From contig QPMI01000186.1 in assembly GCA_004431415.1 (NCBI GenBank), positions 62,001 to 126,000 of the forward strand: a stretch of 64,000 nt of DNA, given 5' to 3'. The DNA is from Cyanophora paradoxa CCMP329. Its lineage: Eukaryota > Plantae > Glaucophyta. Both the position numbers and the translations under genes were made by a program. Below, piece after piece: positions 60,351 to 64,000 of this stretch (positions are counted from its first letter, which is position 1; each line of letters opens with the position of its first letter). The notes beneath the pieces are model-generated. The model had not been told where the DNA came from, searched no databases, and saw only the letters and a program-made list of their open reading frames with translations.

Positions 60351-62186
60351 CTATACAAAGAGCTCGGGGGTCTCGTTCTCGAGGAAGAGGAGCGTCTGCT
60401 TGACGCCCGCCGACCACTGCTCTAACCGCGTCTTCAGGTGCGAGATCTGCGGTGCGGGCGGCGATGAGGAAGGGCAAAGGAGGGGCGGGAGGGGGTAGGG
60501 GGCGGGCCTGGTCCGAGTCCAGCACGCGGGGCTGTACCCAGTCCACGCGGAACACCTTCTCGACCTGCGCGCCGGCCGGTGTCAGGCGCGCGCGGTGGGC
60601 GAAGAGGGGAGCGGTGGAGGCGCGCCTCGTCGATGGAGCCGCGGAGGAGCTTGAGGGAGAGGGCCCGCATGAAGAGCATCTCGACCTGCGCAGGCGGGCT
60701 CGCCGCGGCGCGGGGCAGGCGGGGCGCCAGCGCGGGCGACTTGCCTCGTTGAGCGGGATGCGCGCCGCGTCGGCGACGACCTTCGCCGCGGAGGCGCGCG
60801 CTCAGAGGGGGGTGCACGCATGGGCGAGGGGGGACTGGGGGGGGGGGGGGGGTACCTTGAAGGGGACGTTCCGGTCCTCGGCGCCCCTCCTGAAGATGAG
60901 CTCCATGAGGCACAGGATCGTGATCTTCTCCGTGAGCAGCGCCTGGTTCGCCACGAGGGCGGGCTGCGAGGGCAGCGGTCATCCGGCGCCGATCGGTGCG
61001 AGGCCGGCGGCGGCGGCGGTGGCGAGGCACCTGGGCGTTCATCTGCTGCGCGTGCGCCTGTTTGATGCGGTCGTACTCGGGAATGTTGCCGGCGTTGAAG
61101 GCCTTCAGCAGGCGGGCGAGCCACTCCTCCGGGGTCCCGGTCAGGAGCTGAAAGATCGGGTGGCCGAGCTGCGCGGGCACGAACGCGCGACTCAAGCCGA
61201 TGCGCGGACGAGCGCGTCGCCGAGGTGCGCACCAGCTCGCCGAAGTTGTAGATGCCCTCGCCCACGAGCGCCGCAATGCCGAGGTCGAACGCGAGCTCCT
61301 GCTTCTCTTTTTGCGGGATCGACTCGAGCGGCGTGTAAGAAAGGAAGAGGAGCGCGTTCTTGTAGAAGTCTGCAGGAGGCCCGACCACCTGTCGTCCGTC
61401 TCAAAGAGGACGGCCCATTCGTTTTTCCCGGGCCGCGGCGGGGCCGCACCTTGTGGTAATCGGACACGAGCCTGTAGAATGCTGCGCTGACCGCCACCTC
61501 GGGACCAGCAATGGAGTCCAGCACCTTCTGCGTCTCCTCGATGATGGACTTGGTCTCTCCCATGATTCCCGCCTTCCGCTTTAGCTGCGCGAGCTCCACG
61601 CGGCACAGGACCAAGGCCTCCTTGTTCGCAGAGACCTTGTCGGCCAGCTGCACGAAGAAAGCGACCGCGGAATCGCTGTCTGCGGGCCGAGGAGCGTACG
61701 CGGTCATGCCAGGTCGGGCGGGGCGCCTCGAGCGAGCGCCGAGCGCGCGCGTACCAGGAAGCTGGCGCGAGATGATGGTGAGGATCTGCACGAGCCGGAC
61801 GGGGTTTATCTTGCCCTCGAACTCTTTAATGAACTTGTAGTACAGGTCAACCAGGTTCTCGCCCGGCTGCGCCGGCAGCTGTACGAACTCCAGCAGGGAG
61901 TCTGTGAGCTGATGCCATAGCCTGTACGCGAGGGGTGCAACCCGCAGACGTCAGCGGCGCGTGGAATGGCTCGGGAGAATGGGAGGGTGCGGGAGCGCTT
62001 GGCGTCATGCACGGCGGCTCGCCGCCGTCGCGGACGCTAGAGGTGCTAGCCCGCCGATATAGCGGCGAGCGGCAGGAAGGGAAGGCTGAGCGGTGCTCAC
62101 TTGCGTCTGTGCAGGTCCGCCAACTTCGAATACGCCTCTCCCTTCGCGGGATACGACATGCGCTGTGATTCCGCCCAGTCCGCCAT
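60351..62186 (-). CDS. PSMD13: 26S proteasome lid subunit RPN9 / PSMD13
   Basis: LADLHRRKLWHQLT; FEGKINPVRLV; FYKNALLFLSY; AFDLGIAALVGEGIYNFGEL; VEMLFMRALSLKLLRGSIDE; VDWVQPRVLD. Confidence 0.95.
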
Positions 62187-62417
62187 TCTTCCGACAGCTT
62201 GCTGCAGACAGCCCTATACCCCCTCCCCAGCTCTACCCCCAAGCCAAACAGGGCGGCCGAGAACGAGCTAGCAGGACATCAGTCGACAGCTTCAAACCGC
62301 GGCATAGCACGCACTGCAGCAACTGGCGTAGCCGCGCTGCTTGAAGCTAGCGGGTTGGCCGGGCGTGAGGCGTGGCGGATCTGGACTGAGTAGGAGAGCT
62401 CAGCGGCGGCTGCGAGC

Positions 62418-64000
62418 ATGGTGCCGCCTCCAGTGAGCATACCGGATGATGCAGAGCCCGCGCCGCCGCCCATCAAGACGACGCGCGAGCCGCCCTCGGG
62501 CATTGAGCCGCTCTTCTTCACCTCGACAAGCCAGGAGCTATTCCACATAGTCACGGGCAAGGTATGCAATCGCCTGCTTGGAGCAACGACAGGCTCTGGG
62601 CCTGCCTGGCTTAGCTCTGCCCTCGCACCCGCGCTCAAACGCGAGACCGACGCCGGGGCCCGCGTACAGGATGTGACGAAGGAGAACCCGCATAAAAACA
62701 TTCCGAAGAAGGATATCCTGGACGATATCCAGTTCCGAGGCGTGATTTCCGACTTCCACCCCGTCAAGGAAAAAGTCAAGGTCCGCGCCCCGCAGCTAAC
62801 GCGCCCCCGCTGCCCCCAGCGCCGAACGCGCCGTCCAATCGCAGGACTATCCGGGGGACGACTTGCTCATCGTGTTCGATGACGAGGGGCTGTACGATCA
62901 GAACTTTTACCTCTGCGTAACTCCGGAGGCCCGCGAGAAGGAGATATGGGTGCGCGGGGCCGCCCGCTGGGCCGCCCGCTGGGTCGCCCGTCCTTGTGTA
63001 CGCAACGAATCTGCCGACGCTGACGCGGCCGCCAGCGGCTGGAGGAGCAAAGGAGAGCTGCCCTGGAGGGCCCGAAGGAGAAGCCCGAGAAGAAGGAGCG
63101 GACGAAGGGCTGGGTCTCGCTGGGCAGCGAGAAGGAGATCGAGGAGGAGCGCGTGGTGAACAACCGCGACCTGGTGCGCATCCGGCGCTTTCCGGCCCCG
63201 CCCCGCCAGAGCGGAGCCGGGGGAGGGAGCGAGCGAGCGGGCGAGCGGGGCGCGGCAGATCGTGGTGCTGGTCACACGGAAGCGGCGGGACTTCGGCGCC
63301 TCGCACAAGTTCCAGGACCGCGACGCCAACGACGCCTTCTACGAGCAGGTGCCCCGCCGCCCGGCCTGGGGGATCGCGCCCCGCCCGCCCCCCGACGCCC
63401 GGCGCCCCCGCCCGCAGCGCCCCTTCAAGGACCCGAACTTCGAGCTGCGGCGCATGGAGCACGACATGGCGGTGCAGGTGCAGGCCTCCGTCAGCGAGAG
63501 CGCCACCCAGACGACCTGGTGCGCGCGTGCCCCCCGCGCCCCGCGCCCCGGCAGCGGCGGGGAGTCGAGGGGCGGACCCCCCGCAGGAACCGCAAGGTGA
63601 ACAAGATCATACAGTACTCGAGCCTGGACGCCGAGCGCGTGGACAAGAACAAGGTAGCGCCCGCCCGCCCCCGCTCCGCGGTCCGCCTCAGATCGCCGGC
63701 CCCCGCCCCTCCCCGCCCCGCAGGTCCTGCAGTCGGACCCTCTGACCGAGTTCCTGCACACGGTGGCGAACCGGTGCGTGGGGCGAGGCGGCGCCCTGCG
63801 CGCGTGTCAAGCGGGGCGGGGGCGGCAGGGCGGAGGAGGCGCTGCAGCAGAACGAGACGATGAACATCTACGAGGACGACTTCGAGGTGCTCGCCGAGGA
63901 GGACACGACCATCGGCAACAAGAACGACAACCACATCAAGGCAGGGCCCCCCGCTCCTCCTCGCGCGCCGGCGGCGGGCGGGCGGGGGCTGACGGGGGGC
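62418..64000 (+). CDS. DNAI3: Dynein axonemal intermediate chain WDR63/DNAI3 (IC140-like), 5' part only
   Basis: IEPLFFTSTSQELF..DVTKENPHKNIPKKDILDDIQFRGVISDFHPVKEKVKDYPGDDLLIVFD..NFYL; WVSLGSEKEI; RKRRDFG..KFQDRD; EEALQQNETMNIYEDDF. Confidence 0.88.

Noticed and set aside
1-64000. Bacterial origin, or frameshifted pseudogenes
   Set aside because: Frame breaks coincide with donor, branch and CAG signals, and the genes are eukaryote-specific (NAE1, RPN9, axonemal proteins).

Overview
Eukaryotic nuclear DNA, very GC-rich and gene-dense: about 28 protein-coding genes in 64 kb, each split by many short (mostly ~45-80 nt) spliceosomal introns. The long single-frame ORFs in the supplied track are therefore mostly artefacts, and the genes below were rebuilt by eye across splice sites, so boundaries are approximate. 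Motile-cilium genes (CFAP70, WDR63/DNAI3, a CEP164-N/WW protein) together with plastid-type proteins whose presequences carry an N-terminal Phe motif suggest a flagellated glaucophyte such as Cyanophora (inference). Recognisable genes: CFAP70, GT34 glycosyltransferase, B3GNTL1/QTGAL, BTB-pentapeptide (KCTD9/FIP2-like), RING protein, 3-beta-HSD/NSDHL-like, SAL1/HAL2 PAP phosphatase, DUF2358, SAM50, class I PDE, uridine phosphorylase, NAE1, methyltransferase-11, F-box/LRR, cNMP-binding protein, alpha/beta hydrolase, stand-alone response regulator, beta-helix protein, YqaJ exonuclease, WW protein, MOSC/mARC, RPN9, WDR63. Most notable: (1) two homologous 136-nt exons in SAL1 separated by 37 nt, with the branch point jammed against the upstream donor, i.e. 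a candidate mutually exclusive exon pair; (2) very frequent GC-AG introns with an unusual G(T/C)SCGC donor and C-rich 5' ends; (3) a 4-nt microexon; (4) a 182-bp structured intronic tandem repeat; (5) many tight head-to-head gene pairs. No rRNA, tRNA, CRISPR array or autonomous transposon was seen.
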